From: Eubacterium sp.
Lineage (GTDB): Bacteria > Bacillota > Clostridia > Oscillospirales > Acutalibacteraceae
Direction: 5' to 3'
Length of the DNA: 64,000 bases
Assembly: GCA_046989265.1 (NCBI GenBank)
Contig: JBKWUD010000004.1
Coordinates: 780-64,779 of the forward strand
The translations under genes were made by a program, and so were the position numbers. The notes below the pieces were generated by a model. That model had not been told where the DNA came from and searched no databases. It saw nothing but the letters and a program-made list of their open reading frames with translations. Below, in pieces: positions 1 to 10,161 of this stretch. Positions within the stretch are counted from its first letter, which is position 1. Every line of letters begins with the position of its first letter.

Positions 1-1
1 G

Positions 2-865
2 GGTATTTTTGTTAACTTTGCCAATATTCAGAGAACAACAAGAAAGAAGATTCCTTTCGGCGTTGCCCAGATTGGTAAGTCATTCAGAAATGAGATTACT
101 CCGGGTAAGTTCATTTTCCGTGTAAGAGAGTTTGAGCAGATGGAGCTTGAGTTCTTCTGCAAGCCGGGCACAGACCTTGAGTGGTTTGATTATTGGAGAG
201 GCTTCTGCCGTGACTGGTTATATTCGCTCGGTATCAGCGAAGAAAATCTCAGACTCCGTGACCATGACCCTGAGGAGCTTTGCTTCTATTCAAAGGCAAC
301 TACTGACTTTGAATATTTATTCCCGTTCGGCTGGGGTGAGCTTTGGGGTGTAGCTGACAGAACAGACTATGACCTTACTCAGCATATCAAAACCTCCGGC
401 AAAAACCTTGAATATTTCGACGGCACAACAAATGAACGTTATGTTCCTTATGTAATTGAGCCTTCACTCGGTGTTGAAAGATTGTTCCTTGCAGTACTTT
501 GCGAGGCATATGATGAAGAGGTACTTGATGCTGAGAAGAATGATACAAGGGTAGTAATGCATTTTCATCCTGCACTTGCACCTTTCAAGGCGGCTGTTCT
601 GCCTCTTTCAAAAAAGCTTAATGAACAGGCTGAAGAAGTATTTACAAATCTTTCAAAGAAATTCTGCATTGATTATGATGATGCAGGCTCAATCGGAAAG
701 AGATACCGCCGTCAGGATGAAATCGGTACTCCTTACTGTATCACATATGATTTTGATTCTATTGAGGATAACTGTGTAACAGTTCGTGACCGTGATACTA
801 TGGAGCAGGTAAGATTACCTATCAGCGAGCTTGAAGCATTTATCGCAGAAAAGCTTGAATTTTAA
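2..865 (+). CDS. glyQS: Glycyl-tRNA synthetase (homodimeric class II), 5'-truncated by the window edge
   Basis: The frame is open from base 2 and contains [43 protein letters not shown] and a C-terminal anticodon-binding domain ([13 protein letters not shown]). Confidence 0.97.
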   Translation, partial: GIFVNFANIQRTTRKKIPFGVAQIGKSFRNEITPGKFIFRVREFEQMELEFFCKPGTDLEWFDYWRGFCRDWLYSLGISEENLRLRDHDPEELCFYSKATTDFEYLFPFGWGELWGVADRTDYDLTQHIKTSGKNLEYFDGTTNERYVPYVIEPSLGVERLFLAVLCEAYDEEVLDAEKNDTRVVMHFHPALAPFKAAVLPLSKKLNEQAEEVFTNLSKKFCIDYDDAGSIGKRYRRQDEIGTPYCITYDFDSIEDNCVTVRDRDTMEQVRLPISELEAFIAEKLEF

Positions 866-878
866 TCTGATTAAACAA

Positions 879-910
879 GACGGACAGCCCAATCCGCGGC
901 TGTCCGTTTT
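879..910 (+). terminator. Intrinsic terminator after glyQS
   Basis: gacggacagcc-loop-ggctgtccgtt followed by a T-run. Confidence 0.75.
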
Positions 911-935
911 TACAAATATCATTGAATAAAGGAGA

Positions 936-1907
936 ATGGCATTGAATATTGACAGAGCTTTAGTTAAATCACAGGCAAAGCAAATTATTACGGGCAATGT
1001 GCTCAAGCTGTTTCTGATTAGCTTTATTGCAGTTTTTCTTATGTCGGGTGCAAATATATTTAGTTATTCATACAATGTATATAATAACCTTTCCAACGGC
1101 ACAGATAACAGCTACGGTTATTCGGATTTCTTTAATTTCGGAAAAGACAGCGACGAAAACGGAAACAGCAATTCATCAGGTGATGGATTCGACAGAGGTT
1201 ATTTTGATGATTTCAATGGCAAGTTAACCCTTCAGACATCAGCAATGGGTCAAAGCAATATACCGCTTATTAAATCAGTTATATTAAGATTGGGCAGCAT
1301 TGTTCAGATGGTATTCATGCCTCTTAGTGTAACGCTGATGGGATTATATATCATTACTGTGCGCGGTAAACGCTTTACCGTATTACAGGAATTTGAATAT
1401 GTTTTCAAAAATCTGTTTGATAAAAACTATTTTAAAAAATGGATGCTTTGTTTTCTTCAAGGCTTGATTGTCGGATTATTACTTCTGGTTTTTATTTTCC
1501 CCGGTGTTATATTCTATTACAAATATTATTTTGCCGAGTCCATTATGACTGATAATCCTGAAATTTCGTCGACAGATGCTCTTAAGCTCTCAAAGAAATT
1601 GACTGAAGGTCATAAGGGCGAGCTTTTTGCGCTCGACTTGAGCTTTATCGGTTGGTTCTTATTAACCATTATCACTTGCGGTTTGGCATCAATTTATACA
1701 ATTCCGTATTATAATGCAACAAAGGCTCTGTATTATGAGAATTTCAGAATAAGGGCATTCCAGGAGGGCAGGGTTACTGCTTTTGATTTTATGAATGATA
1801 CAGAAAGAGCAGCATATTATCAATCTCAAAATGTTTATTACCAACCTCCGCAAAATCCTACCTATGGCAGCGGAATGGGTAATGATTATTATAACAATAA
1901 TGTTTAA
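936..1907 (+). CDS. DUF975-family integral membrane protein
   Basis: Several hydrophobic helices, the motifs ALKLSKKLTEGHKGELFALDLSFIGW and PYYNATKALYY, and an AAGGAG RBS. Confidence 0.8.
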   Translation: MALNIDRALVKSQAKQIITGNVLKLFLISFIAVFLMSGANIFSYSYNVYNNLSNGTDNSYGYSDFFNFGKDSDENGNSNSSGDGFDRGYFDDFNGKLTLQTSAMGQSNIPLIKSVILRLGSIVQMVFMPLSVTLMGLYIITVRGKRFTVLQEFEYVFKNLFDKNYFKKWMLCFLQGLIVGLLLLVFIFPGVIFYYKYYFAESIMTDNPEISSTDALKLSKKLTEGHKGELFALDLSFIGWFLLTIITCGLASIYTIPYYNATKALYYENFRIRAFQEGRVTAFDFMNDTERAAYYQSQNVYYQPPQNPTYGSGMGNDYYNNNV

Positions 1908-1978
1908 ATAAACAGAAAACCGCAGACTATTGATATGCACCCCAAAAGTTAGACAACTTTTGGAGGTGCATATTTTTT

Positions 1979-2353
1979 ATGGGAAAAACAGGAAGAAAAA
2001 ATAAAGTATATAGTGAAGAGTTCAAAATATCTGTTATAATGGATATGCGAGAACATGGTTTGGGGTATAATGAAACGATCCGAAAATATTGGAATGATGG
2101 ATTGGTATCAAATCATTTTCAACAGATAAAATTGTGGGAACGCATATACTTGGAAGAAGGAGCCGAAGGTCTGATGAAAGAACGCAGAGGCAGAGCAATC
2201 GGATCAAGAAAAGGAAGACCGCCAAAGCTTGATAAAAAAGTAGAAGAAGATTTAATAGCAGAAAATCAACGCTTGAGAATGGAGATAGAATATCTAAAAA
2301 AACTCGATGCCTTAGTTCAGAAAAGAGAGCGAGAAGAAAGGAAAAAGCGTTAA
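1979..2353 (+). CDS. IS3-family transposase OrfA (HTH)
   Basis: YSEEFKISV..., GRPPK, RLRMEIEYLKKL. An A7 slippery run at 2296-2302 leads into an open -1 frame. Confidence 0.9.
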   Translation: MGKTGRKNKVYSEEFKISVIMDMREHGLGYNETIRKYWNDGLVSNHFQQIKLWERIYLEEGAEGLMKERRGRAIGSRKGRPPKLDKKVEEDLIAENQRLRMEIEYLKKLDALVQKREREERKKR

Positions 2354-2391
2354 TAGTAAATGAACTAAGGCAAGAATATCCGCTGAACGAA

Positions 2392-3189
2392 TTGCTTAAA
2401 TTATCAGAAATCGCCAAAAGCACATATTACTATTATCTTAAACAAGGCAATAAAGATAAATATGAAAATCTAAAACTTAAGATTTCGGAAATATTCAAGA
2501 AGCACAAGGGCAGATACGGATATCGCAGAATAACAGAAGAACTGCATAAGGCAGGATATACAATTAATCATAAAACTGTACAAAAGCTGATGAAAGAGCT
2601 TGGATTAAGAGCTAAACAAAGCAAAAATGGGAGATATCATTCATACAAGGGTACGGTAGGTAAGATAGCAGATAATATACTAAAAAGGGATTTCAATGCG
2701 GACAAACCATTTGAAAAGCTTGCAACAGATGTTACACAGTTCAACGTCTGCAATGAGAAAGTATATTTATCACCTGTTCTTGATTTATTTAACAGAGAAG
2801 TTATATCTTACTCAATTTCACTAAGTCCTGACCTGCAGCAAATCAGAGATATGTTAAATGGCTTATTCAAGAAACTGCCTAAAGATGCAAAACCGATTTT
2901 TCATTCAGATCAAGGCTGGCAGTATCAGCATGCAGAATATCAACGCTTACTTACGGAGCATAACATTATACAAAGTATGTCACGCAAAGGTAACTGTATG
3001 GATAACGGAGCAATGGAAAACTTCTTCGGCAGACTGAAAGTCGAAATGTTTTACGGCGAAAGTTTTCAAACAGTTGATGAATTCATCAACTGTTTGAAAG
3101 ATTACATTGATTACTACAACAATGAACGAATCGTATCAAAACTGAAAATGAGCCCGGTGCAATACCGAACTCATTCTCTTACATTTTAA
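2392..3189 (+). CDS. IS3-family transposase OrfB (DDE), probably expressed as an OrfAB fusion by -1 frameshift
   Basis: YGYRRI, TDVT, HSDQGWQY, SRKGNCMDNGAMENFFGRLKVE, YYNNER. The frame is -1 relative to orfA and is open back to the A7 run. Confidence 0.93.
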   Translation: MLKLSEIAKSTYYYYLKQGNKDKYENLKLKISEIFKKHKGRYGYRRITEELHKAGYTINHKTVQKLMKELGLRAKQSKNGRYHSYKGTVGKIADNILKRDFNADKPFEKLATDVTQFNVCNEKVYLSPVLDLFNREVISYSISLSPDLQQIRDMLNGLFKKLPKDAKPIFHSDQGWQYQHAEYQRLLTEHNIIQSMSRKGNCMDNGAMENFFGRLKVEMFYGESFQTVDEFINCLKDYIDYYNNERIVSKLKMSPVQYRTHSLTF

Positions 3190-3296
3190 TATTTATTTTT
3201 GTCTAATCTTTGGGGGTCACTTCATATTGTCTGCGGTTTTCTGTTTATTTATTTAAGGGTTTTTGTTTTAACATATTCATTATATTAACTGCAATA

Positions 3297-4088
3297 TTAA
3301 AATAATTCATCAAGCAAGATGTAATATTTTAATTTCTGTTTATCTTCTTTTATGCCAAGCAAAGAGTAAAAATATTTCTTGGTATTTATGAACTCATCAT
3401 ATGACATACTGCATTGATTACACATATTGTATTTTAATGATCGCACGCATAGTGCGATATCCTGCCACCTGTCAGCGATACCGGCTTTTCCCAAATCCAA
3501 AAATCCAACTGTTTTGTTATTATCGATAAAAATATTAGGCAGGCAGTAATCGCCGTGTGTGAACACCAAATCATTATCAGGTTTGTTATTTATAAAAAAT
3601 AAGTATAATTCGTTAATGTCGGAAAATCCATCAGGATCAATTGTTTCATTTTCAAAATCCTCAATCAACTAATCCATTAATAATGTTAAATTTTGCTTGT
3701 TCAAGTCTTTTATTCAGGGTACTGTCCAGCGGACACTGCGATATATCAAGGCTCCATAATTGTTTTAATCCGTCTGCGAGTGCTTCGACTAATGATTTCG
3801 GGCTTTTTAATTTGATTTTATCGCATGCCAAATTGTCGTTAAACTTTGACATAAAATATAATTTTTACTGTTTTCACAAACGAATTTAATAATTTCAGGC
3901 ACGGGCAGTTTGCCTTTAAGCCAATTCATTGCCACAATTTCATTGTTTGACGAGTCATTTGCATCCTCAATTTTAAGCACATATTTGTCAAAAATTAAAA
4001 TTGTTGCTCCAGATTCACCAATGGAGTCGCGGATATAATCTTTTTCGCTAATTATAGTAGATATGGATTTCGGAAGTTTATTATACAT
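3297..4088 (-). pseudogene. Aminoglycoside phosphotransferase APH(3')-like gene split by two frameshifts
   Basis: Fragments 3807-4088, 3661-3852 and 3297-3668 join into one APH(3') (IGESGA, WLKGKLPVPE, HGDYCLPNI, DLGKAGIADRWQDIAL, YYILLDELF). Confidence 0.85.
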
Positions 4089-4259
4089 AATATATTATCC
4101 TATTTACAAATATTGTTCTAATAAATTTATTTTATATTAATATTTACAAAATCTTGTAACATTTTTATTTTTAAACGCTTATATATATGAATATTAAATA
4201 TGTAATTCTAATGCTTTTTATTAGGATATTGGTATGTTATATAAAAGGATGGATTTGTT

Positions 4260-5729
4260 ATGATGTATTGGGATATGCTACTTTCACCAAAGCGTTTTAG
4301 AGAGAAGGAAACTGTTGAAAGGGCCGAGAATGATGAGAGATCACCATTTAAAAAAGACTATGATACTGTTTGTAATAGTACAATTTTAAGACGACTTCAA
4401 GATAAAGCACAAGTATTTCCGTTGGAACAAGAGGATTATGCCAGAACTAGGCTAACACATTCAATTGAGGTTATGTCAATAGCAGAAAGCCTAGGTATGA
4501 AGGCAAGAAATATAATTATGAAACATGATAAGAAGTTTCTTTCCGAATCAAGAAGAAAACGTGATTATGTAAAAGAACTTCTTGATGAGATTCCAACAAT
4601 TTTGAAAACTGTATCCCTTCTTCATGATATGGGAAATCCGCCATTTGGACATTTGGGAGAACAAATTATAGGTGATTGGTTTGCACACAATTTGCGCAAT
4701 CTGGCAATCAATTCTGATGGCCTTTTAGTATATAAAAGTGGCAGTGACCCAAATGATTCTTTGGTATACAAATTAAAGGGAAAATATTTCAATGATCTTA
4801 CAAATTTTGAAGGAAACGCACAATTATTTAGATTAGTTACAAAATTAAATTTATTTATAGATGAATATGGAATGAATCTAACTTTTCCAGTCATGGCGTC
4901 ATTTATAAAATATCCGACAAATTCATCATCAATTGATAAAAAGAAATTAATTTGTAAAAAAGTCGGATATTTTTCATCGGAAGAAGATTTATATCAAAAA
5001 ATCAATGAAACCTTAGGGTTAAATGGTTATAGACATCCTCTAGCCTTTTTATTGGAAGCAGCGGACGATATTGCATATTTAACAGCAGATATTGAAGATG
5101 CTCATAGAAAAGGATTAATCACAATTGATAAAATTGTTAAATATTTTTCAGAAGAAAAAAGTGATTTATTAGTAGATCAAGTACTTAAAGAGATAAGTAA
5201 TTACAAAATGGCTGCAATTAAAATGGAGTATGAGGATGTTGAGGGTTATGTAATGAATAGAACGCGGGTTCTTATAAAAGGACTTATGATTAATTCGATA
5301 TATGTTGCTTTTGATAATGCATATGATGATATAATGGAGTGTAGATTTAATGATGAATTATTAAACTGCTCTGCTGCATCTACTATTACCCGTATATTAA
5401 GAAAAATTGAAAAAGAAAATATTCACTATTGTTCACAAATATTAGAGAACAAAACACGAGCGTACTCTGTGCTTACAAAATTGCTTGAGATCTATGTTCC
5501 AGCTACTGTAAATTGGAAAGAGGAAGACGATAAGAATAAAGATACTGATCGAAATTTATTATATCTTTCTTTATCTAAAAATTACAGATATATTTGTAAG
5601 CAAGCAAATAAAAGAGCTACAACAGAAGAAGAAAAAATTTACAATAAATTATTATTAGTCACTGATCAAATATCAGGAATGACTGATACTCATGCTTTAT
5701 CTGTTTATAAGATGATTACAGCAAATTAA
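4260..5729 (+). CDS. dgt: dGTPase / dNTP triphosphohydrolase (HD domain)
   Basis: RRLQDKAQVFP, RTRLTHSIEV, LLHDMGNPPFGHLGE, FEGNAQ, EAADDIAY..ADIEDA, DQISGMTD. Confidence 0.92.
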   Translation: MMYWDMLLSPKRFREKETVERAENDERSPFKKDYDTVCNSTILRRLQDKAQVFPLEQEDYARTRLTHSIEVMSIAESLGMKARNIIMKHDKKFLSESRRKRDYVKELLDEIPTILKTVSLLHDMGNPPFGHLGEQIIGDWFAHNLRNLAINSDGLLVYKSGSDPNDSLVYKLKGKYFNDLTNFEGNAQLFRLVTKLNLFIDEYGMNLTFPVMASFIKYPTNSSSIDKKKLICKKVGYFSSEEDLYQKINETLGLNGYRHPLAFLLEAADDIAYLTADIEDAHRKGLITIDKIVKYFSEEKSDLLVDQVLKEISNYKMAAIKMEYEDVEGYVMNRTRVLIKGLMINSIYVAFDNAYDDIMECRFNDELLNCSAASTITRILRKIEKENIHYCSQILENKTRAYSVLTKLLEIYVPATVNWKEEDDKNKDTDRNLLYLSLSKNYRYICKQANKRATTEEEKIYNKLLLVTDQISGMTDTHALSVYKMITAN

Positions 5730-5748
5730 TTTAAAAATTTTCAATCAA

Positions 5749-5787
5749 TAAAGGCAATTCTTGTATTAATAAGAATTGCCTTTTATA
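5749..5787. terminator. Bidirectional terminator between dgt and the convergent MFS gene
   Basis: aaaggcaattctt-loop-aagaattgccttt inverted repeat. Confidence 0.75.
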
Positions 5788-5801
5788 AATGGTTTATAAA
5801 T

Positions 5802-7241
5802 TTATTCAGCGTCGGCGGTTTTTCTTCTTTCTGCAAGAGCAGATGAAATCTTTGCTTTCTTTTCGCCGACAATATCATATTTGAACATCGGGAAGATTGA
5901 AAGCAGAGCAAGTATACCGGGCAGTGCTGTGTATGCAAAGAAGATAATATCCTTTGTGTTATTTGTAAAGCTGCCGGTATCAAGAGCCTCATAATAGCCT
6001 GATGCCTGAACAAAGATAAGTCCTACGGCTGTTCCGAGTGCAAGGCAAACCTTGATTGTAAGTGTAAGAATTGAGTAGCAAGCGCCCTCCATTCTCTTAC
6101 CTGTTTCATACTCATAGTAGTCTACGGTGTCTGCAGTCATAATCATAGGCATAAGTGTTACTGCACCAAATTGAAGACCAATTAGGAATAATGATGCGTA
6201 GAAAAGAATTGTAAGCACCATATTACTCGGATTTTGGAACCAGAAATGACCGATAATGAATGAGAAAATTGATGCTGCAAAGCCATATACCGAAAGAAGG
6301 ATATAGGCTTTCTTTTCATCAAGCTTTTTGATGAGCAGCGGGCAAAGTGCCATACTGATCATTGAGCCTACGGCAGTTACAATGCCGAGAACTGCAACAA
6401 GGTTTTGTGAGCCGAGAATAACGGTTGCTGCCTGAACCTGAATACCCATTGCCATCTGACGGCCAAAGCCAAGAAAATATGAAACAATTACAAGCATAAA
6501 CGGCTTATTGTTTTTTAATGCATTAATCATATCCTTAGCAGTTGTCTTTTCTGACGAAGTGTTTGTGACTCTCTCTTTATTAATAAGCGGAATGAGGGCA
6601 AACAATGCACAGCCTAAAACGGCAGTTAATACTGCAACCCAGAAATATTCCGATGCAATCATAGGAGTATCAGTTTCGCCGCTCTTAACGAATACCTTTG
6701 AGCCGTTTGGAATGATAAGACAAACGATAGGAACGATAACAACGCAGGCAGAAAAGCCAACCTGCTTAAAGGTATTTGAAATTGAGACAACATTTGTTCT
6801 TTCCGTTGGGTTTGGTGTAAGTGCTGCTGCAATGCCCTGTGAAGGAACATCGCCCATTGTCATTGCAATTGACCAGATAAGATATGTAATAAAAATCCAC
6901 ACATATAGACCAAAGCCTTTAAACGGAACTTTTAAGAATACAATTGCAGTCATAATCAAAAGCGGAGCAAGTGAGTATAAAATCATTGATTTAAACTTGC
7001 CGAGCTTGCTGTGTGAACGGTCAACAAGATTACCGACTATCGGATCTGCAACAGCTGAAACAATTTTAGCAACAAGGATTAAAATTGCAACAACGCTGAC
7101 ATTTGCACCTAAAATAGAGCCGTCAAATTCTGCCTGATATGAATTCAAAAGACCCACAACAGCCTGAAATCCAAAAAGGCCAAGACTATATGCAGCAATT
7201 TCTTTAAAATTCAAATATTTTTTTTTCGAAATATCCTCCAT
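5802..7241 (-). CDS. MFS transporter, glycoside-pentoside-hexuronide (MelB-like) family
   Basis: About 12 TM segments; ADPIVGNLVDRSHSKLGKF, ADTVDYYEYETGKRMEG. Confidence 0.85.
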   Translation of the reverse strand: MEDISKKKYLNFKEIAAYSLGLFGFQAVVGLLNSYQAEFDGSILGANVSVVAILILVAKIVSAVADPIVGNLVDRSHSKLGKFKSMILYSLAPLLIMTAIVFLKVPFKGFGLYVWIFITYLIWSIAMTMGDVPSQGIAAALTPNPTERTNVVSISNTFKQVGFSACVVIVPIVCLIIPNGSKVFVKSGETDTPMIASEYFWVAVLTAVLGCALFALIPLINKERVTNTSSEKTTAKDMINALKNNKPFMLVIVSYFLGFGRQMAMGIQVQAATVILGSQNLVAVLGIVTAVGSMISMALCPLLIKKLDEKKAYILLSVYGFAASIFSFIIGHFWFQNPSNMVLTILFYASLFLIGLQFGAVTLMPMIMTADTVDYYEYETGKRMEGACYSILTLTIKVCLALGTAVGLIFVQASGYYEALDTGSFTNNTKDIIFFAYTALPGILALLSIFPMFKYDIVGEKKAKISSALAERRKTADAE

Positions 7242-7314
7242 AATAATTACCTCCTAATGAATATAAAAAGGCAGAAGCTGCCGCCATTGGCAACTTCGCC
7301 TTTAAAGTTACAAA

Positions 7315-8151
7315 TTAATCGCTAAATACCTCTTTAAAAATGTCCACATTAGCCATTCTCATAACCGAGCTGAAAAGCTTTGATCCGTAAACAGGCATAA
7401 GTCTGTTAAAGATTGACATTGCATGAGCATCGATGCCGTGAACCTGCATAGGAGCCTTAAACTCAATTCCGCGCATAATCATTTTAACCATAAGGTCACA
7501 GTCAGTTGAAATCATATCCATAACCTTCTGACCCTTTGAGTTGCTTTCTGCACCCTGGTCGCGGAAAATATCTGTTTTTGTAAAGCCGGGGCAAACAAGG
7601 CTTACATACATTTTGCCTTGAAATTCAACTCTGAGTGCTTCAGTGAAACCTTTGAGTGCGGCCTTTGATGCTGAATACATTGATGTGCCTGCAAGTGTCA
7701 TAAGAGCGGCAGATGAGTCAATGTTGATAATACCCGGTGTGCTTGATTCAAGAAGCATTGGAAGAAGAGTTTTGGTTGAATAAACACAGGAATAGAAATT
7801 AATGTTTATTGCTCTGTCAATTTCCTCATAAGAATATTTATCAAAACGCTTGAATTTTGGAAGAATACCTGCATTGTTGATTAAAATATCAATCTTTGTG
7901 CCATTCTCCTTCAATTCCTCAGCAAAATTCTCCCAGTTCTCTTTAACAGAAACATCAAAAAGCTTGTATGAGAATTGTTCTGCATAGGTTGGACCAAGCT
8001 CATCAATGAACTTAAGCATTTTTGTTTCGGAACGAGCAACGCCGATTACTGTGCAGCCATGCTTTTTAATAAGTGTTGCAGCAATACCTGCACCCATACC
8101 GCCTGAAGCTCCTGTTACAACAACGGTTTTGCCTTTAAGCCAGCATTCCAT
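7315..8151 (-). CDS. SDR-family oxidoreductase
   Basis: TGASGGMG, NNAG and catalytic YSASK. Confidence 0.92.
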   Translation of the reverse strand: MECWLKGKTVVVTGASGGMGAGIAATLIKKHGCTVIGVARSETKMLKFIDELGPTYAEQFSYKLFDVSVKENWENFAEELKENGTKIDILINNAGILPKFKRFDKYSYEEIDRAININFYSCVYSTKTLLPMLLESSTPGIINIDSSAALMTLAGTSMYSASKAALKGFTEALRVEFQGKMYVSLVCPGFTKTDIFRDQGAESNSKGQKVMDMISTDCDLMVKMIMRGIEFKAPMQVHGIDAHAMSIFNRLMPVYGSKLFSSVMRMANVDIFKEVFSD

Positions 8152-8362
8152 AATATAAACCTCCGTTTGTAAATCAAAATATTACTAAATAATTATACAA
8201 TAAATATTTTATTATTACAATGTTTTTTTATCCTAATTCATTAAATTTATTTATTTTTGCTCATTAGATAAAATCTAAATATGGAATATCTTGAAATCTG
8301 AATTTTTATGTGATATTATTATTCTTGTTAAGAATAGGTATAAACCTAAAGGAGGCGGCATT

Positions 8363-8896
8363 TTGGATAAAAGAGTTTTAAAAACCAGGTCAGCTATTTT
8401 TAATGCAGTATTTGACCTCTCGACAGAAAAAGAGCTTGATAAAATCAGTGTAATTGAGCTTTGCGAGCGCGCGGGAATTAATAAAAGCACCTTTTATCTG
8501 CATTATAACAGTATTGATGATTGCTTTAAAAAATGCTTTGATTTCTTTACCAGTAAGGTACTGAGCCTTAGTAATGATATCAATTATACTGCTGCTGCGC
8601 TTGCTCCTGAAAAAACAGTTGATATGGTGCTGGATGTTGTTGAAAAAAACATGCTGCTTATAACGAAATTCAAAAACAGTGTAATTTATGACGGCGCGAT
8701 CAGAAGTCTTAAAGAAAAGTTTGTTAAGGCAATCTGCGATGGTAACGGCTTTAACGTTGACAGCAATTATCATCAGGTGGCTAAGGTTACTTTCCTTGTC
8801 GGGGGATGTCTTGATGCAATTACTCAGCCTCTGCCGCATTATGACCGTGCTGAGCTTAGAAGAATAATGATTGATGTAATCAAAAGAAAAAATTGA
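8363..8896 (+). CDS. TetR/AcrR-family regulator, divergent from the SDR gene
   Basis: HTH ISVIELCERAGINKSTFYLHY. A TTG start at 8363 follows AAAGGAGG. Confidence 0.88.
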   Translation: MDKRVLKTRSAIFNAVFDLSTEKELDKISVIELCERAGINKSTFYLHYNSIDDCFKKCFDFFTSKVLSLSNDINYTAAALAPEKTVDMVLDVVEKNMLLITKFKNSVIYDGAIRSLKEKFVKAICDGNGFNVDSNYHQVAKVTFLVGGCLDAITQPLPHYDRAELRRIMIDVIKRKN

Positions 8897-8913
8897 TAAT
8901 ATAATTGTGAGCA

Positions 8914-8940
8914 GGGAGCGCCGTTTCGGCGCTCTTTTTT
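8914..8940. terminator. Terminator between the TetR gene and the convergent kinase gene
   Basis: gagcgccg-ttt-cggcgctc followed by a T-run. Confidence 0.75.
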
Positions 8941-8958
8941 CAATTATGCCATTGTTAT

Positions 8959-9504
8959 TTATAAGCTGAATTTTTCTTTAATCATCAATGCCGCTTGTTT
9001 GGCAGGGATATTTGAATTATCAATTTTAATATAATTATCAAATGGTATTTCTCCGTCATAGCTTACAAGCCTGTGATTTTTATCGTCATTTATCAGCAGC
9101 TGATTTGACTTTTCTGTATTTCTTTTTGACGGTTTATTCTTAAGTCTGTTTTCTGTTATATTCCTTTTAAGTCTGATTTCCTGAGGAGCAACAAGCTCTA
9201 TATAATAAATATCTGCACCCTTGAATATTTCTTTAACATGCTCAATATAGTCCCAATCCGACTTGTCATCAAATGCCCACATAAATGTAAATATTATTCC
9301 GTAGGCATCTGAATCCGCAAACTCCTCAAAAACAATTTCACGAAGTTTTCGTATTGCATTGGCGTTAAAATATCCGAAAATATCAAGTACAGGCTCTATC
9401 GCCATATGATTGTGAAATAACCTTAAATCTGTAATTTTTGTAAGCTCCTGACCTACTGTCATTTTACCGACAGCAGCATCACCGAATATTAACACTAATT
9501 TCAT
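8959..9504 (-). CDS. P-loop kinase (shikimate-kinase-like AAA family)
   Basis: N-terminal GDAAVGKMT Walker A, LFHNH, and RLKRN lid motif. Confidence 0.8.
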   Translation of the reverse strand: MKLVLIFGDAAVGKMTVGQELTKITDLRLFHNHMAIEPVLDIFGYFNANAIRKLREIVFEEFADSDAYGIIFTFMWAFDDKSDWDYIEHVKEIFKGADIYYIELVAPQEIRLKRNITENRLKNKPSKRNTEKSNQLLINDDKNHRLVSYDGEIPFDNYIKIDNSNIPAKQAALMIKEKFSL

Positions 9505-9516
9505 TTCTTACTCCTT

Positions 9517-9978
9517 TCAAATTGCTTTTAACAGCTTATAATATTTACCCTGTTCATCCTCACATTCTGCAATTAATTTGTCAAAACCCTTTTTTCTGTA
9601 AAGATGCAGAGCACCACTGTTATCTTTGTCAACGCCTAATGCCATTTCGCTGTATCCCATTTCCTTAGCCTGTGTGATTAAATAATCAAGTATTATTCCG
9701 CCGATTCCCTGATTTCGATATTCCTTTTTTACAATCATTCTTGAAACATAGATTCTTTGATTAGGTATAAAATAATCACTGTCATCACCATTTATGACTA
9801 AATTCCCCTCGCCGATGAAAGTATCACCGATTTTGTAAATGAATACCAATCTGTCGCCGTTGATTATCTGCTTTTTGAATTGCTCTGTATAGGGACATTT
9901 TTTCATATCCCATATATTACTTAATTTGTCGTATTCATCAATACCGATTTGCTCTATTGTGTATTCTGACACAGCCAT
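9517..9978 (-). CDS. GNAT-family N-acetyltransferase
   Basis: VKKEYRNQGIG acetyl-CoA motif and ALHLYRKKGF; AAGGAGG RBS. Confidence 0.9.
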   Translation of the reverse strand: MAVSEYTIEQIGIDEYDKLSNIWDMKKCPYTEQFKKQIINGDRLVFIYKIGDTFIGEGNLVINGDDSDYFIPNQRIYVSRMIVKKEYRNQGIGGIILDYLITQAKEMGYSEMALGVDKDNSGALHLYRKKGFDKLIAECEDEQGKYYKLLKAI

Positions 9979-9986
9979 TCCTCCTT

Positions 9987-10023
9987 AAAATAAAAAATAC
10001 CACTGATGATGGCTCATCAGTGG
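9987..10023 (-). terminator. Attenuator-type terminator directly upstream of the GNAT RBS
   Basis: On the minus strand, ccactgatga-gcca-tcatcagtgg followed by tattttttatttt. Confidence 0.75.
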
Positions 10024-10050
10024 CTGAAAATTAATTATTCAATACAGCAC

Positions 10051-10140
10051 TTACCAAAGATGAACACGACGAATATATCCCATGCGAGCTGAGCGCATAA
10101 GATAGAAATGTCTGTTCATTTTGCTTATAGTGTTATACAT
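10051..10140 (-). CDS. Putative 29-aa leader peptide MYNTISKMNRHFYLMRSARMGYIRRVHLW
   Basis: Has a GAGGT RBS and lies between the promoter (10162-10191) and the terminator. It is not in the ORF track. Confidence 0.55.
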   Translation of the reverse strand: MYNTISKMNRHFYLMRSARMGYIRRVHLW

Positions 10141-10161
10141 GATAATGACCTCGTTTTTTGT

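Larger units (their letters stand above)
1931..3224 (+). mobile_element. IS3-family (IS150-like) insertion sequence, 1294 bp
   Basis: Ends are TG...CA. Imperfect 25-bp IRs lie at 1931-1955 (tgatatgcaccccaaaagttagaca) and 3200-3224. A 3-bp TSD, TAT, is at 1928-1930 and 3225-3227. orfA and orfB lie inside. Confidence 0.95.

Noticed and set aside
6508..7137. 209-aa ORF antisense to the MFS gene, and similar shadow ORFs such as 12106-12609, 32931-33368 and 34881-35327
   Set aside because: They lie opposite well-supported genes and show no recognisable motifs or evident expression signals, unlike the nested tnpV.
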